This document shows, piece after piece, positions 63,367 through 64,000 of a stretch of 64,000 nucleotides of DNA. The notes under the pieces are model-generated. The model had not been told where the DNA came from, searched no databases, and saw only the letters and a list, made by a program, of their open reading frames with translations. This DNA comes from Geosiphon pyriformis uo1. Taxonomy: Eukaryota; Fungi; Glomeromycota. Within the stretch, counting starts at the first letter, position 1. Each line of letters begins with the position of its first letter. The stretch lies in assembly GCA_016748015.1 (NCBI GenBank), contig JAAOMT010000219.1, positions 114,436 through 178,435 of the forward strand, in the 5' to 3' direction. The translations under genes were made by a program, and so were the position numbers.

Positions 63367-64000
63367 TTAGTTATCCCCCTTGGGCGTTCTGGATTTCTTT
63401 GCCTTGTGTGGAGTGTCAATCGTCTTTTCTGCCTTGAAAAGATTTGGGGGAGGCGTTTCAGCAGTTTCGCAAAGTCGGCCTATCTTATATGTCAAATCGT
63501 TTATCAACCTCTGGAAAATTAACTGTTAATTAATCAAGTATTTAAAGTTCTCAGCAAAAATATTACCCACCCGCAGATCCTAAGCCAATTGGAGGGCTAC
63601 CCTCAAGTTGCGAAAAGACGTGAAAGTCAAGGAAAGAGAAAGAGTCCTGAGGAGGCGGAAATAGTACACATCCTGCCTTTCCATCACGTAAATCCTAACA
63701 TCAGCCAAATATATCTAAGAGAAATCAAAATGCATGATCATTTCCATATCAAAGTTCAAATCAATCTCGTGTAAAAATTTGTTGATTATACCTGAATTCC
63801 TATAACATAAAGGCCAATGGTGTCAACTTGAGCAATATGAAACTTGTGATGTAACGCGTCCAACATATCTTTCATCATTCGCTGCAGTTGGAATTCATCG
63901 GCCACAAGCTTCGTGATGTCGGCATTGTACGGCCCGCCACAGGCCAGCAAGCACAATTCCTGATTTTCATACATACACAGTAAGTCAGCCAGGTGGGCAC
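63367..64000 (-). pseudogene. 3' end of an intron-containing gene of unknown function (possibly restriction-endonuclease-like fold) with an in-frame TAG
   Basis: Exons >64000-63792, 63714-63571 and 63510-63367. GT-AG introns of 77 and 60 bp splice in frame; terminal TAA at 63367-63369; internal TAG at 63580-63582; normal GC/CpG content. Confidence 0.7.

Noticed and set aside
63589-63774. Plus-strand 61-aa ORF
   Set aside because: It is antisense to the spliced minus-strand gene and spans that gene's intron.

Overview
This is eukaryotic, very AT-rich DNA, and almost all of it is a nested cluster of decayed Ty3/Gypsy LTR retrotransposons. The protein style resembles Glomeromycotina fungi such as Geosiphon; that is recall, not a search result. 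At least three fully readable families (A, B, C) and two fragmentary ones (D, E) are present, plus a decayed non-LTR (LINE-type) RT fragment. Nesting was reconstructed from LTR termini (TGTTAC/T...(G/A)TAACA) and 4-bp target-site duplications (TSDs). A1 (2842-12481) sits between two non-matching halves of family-B elements. A2 (23550-33339) is inserted in the 5' LTR of A3 (22593-40128). B2 (43741-62426, minus) contains a solo A LTR and a complete C element (53246-60993), and is itself inserted in the gag of family E. All three families share an unusual layout: long N-terminal extension-Gag-zinc knuckle-protease-Cys-rich domain-(dUTPase in A and B)-RT-RNase H, then a STOP, then integrase as a separate ORF, then a third, homologous helical ORF in the env position that runs up to or over the PPT. 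A and B have Gag-Pol in one frame; C uses a TTTAAAC -1 frameshift site. All copies are inactivated mainly by C>T/G>A transitions. The last ~770 bp switch abruptly to normal GC/CpG content and carry the 3' end of an intron-containing minus-strand gene with one premature stop. Coordinates were read by eye: LTR ends and TSDs are base-resolved, and domain limits are approximate.
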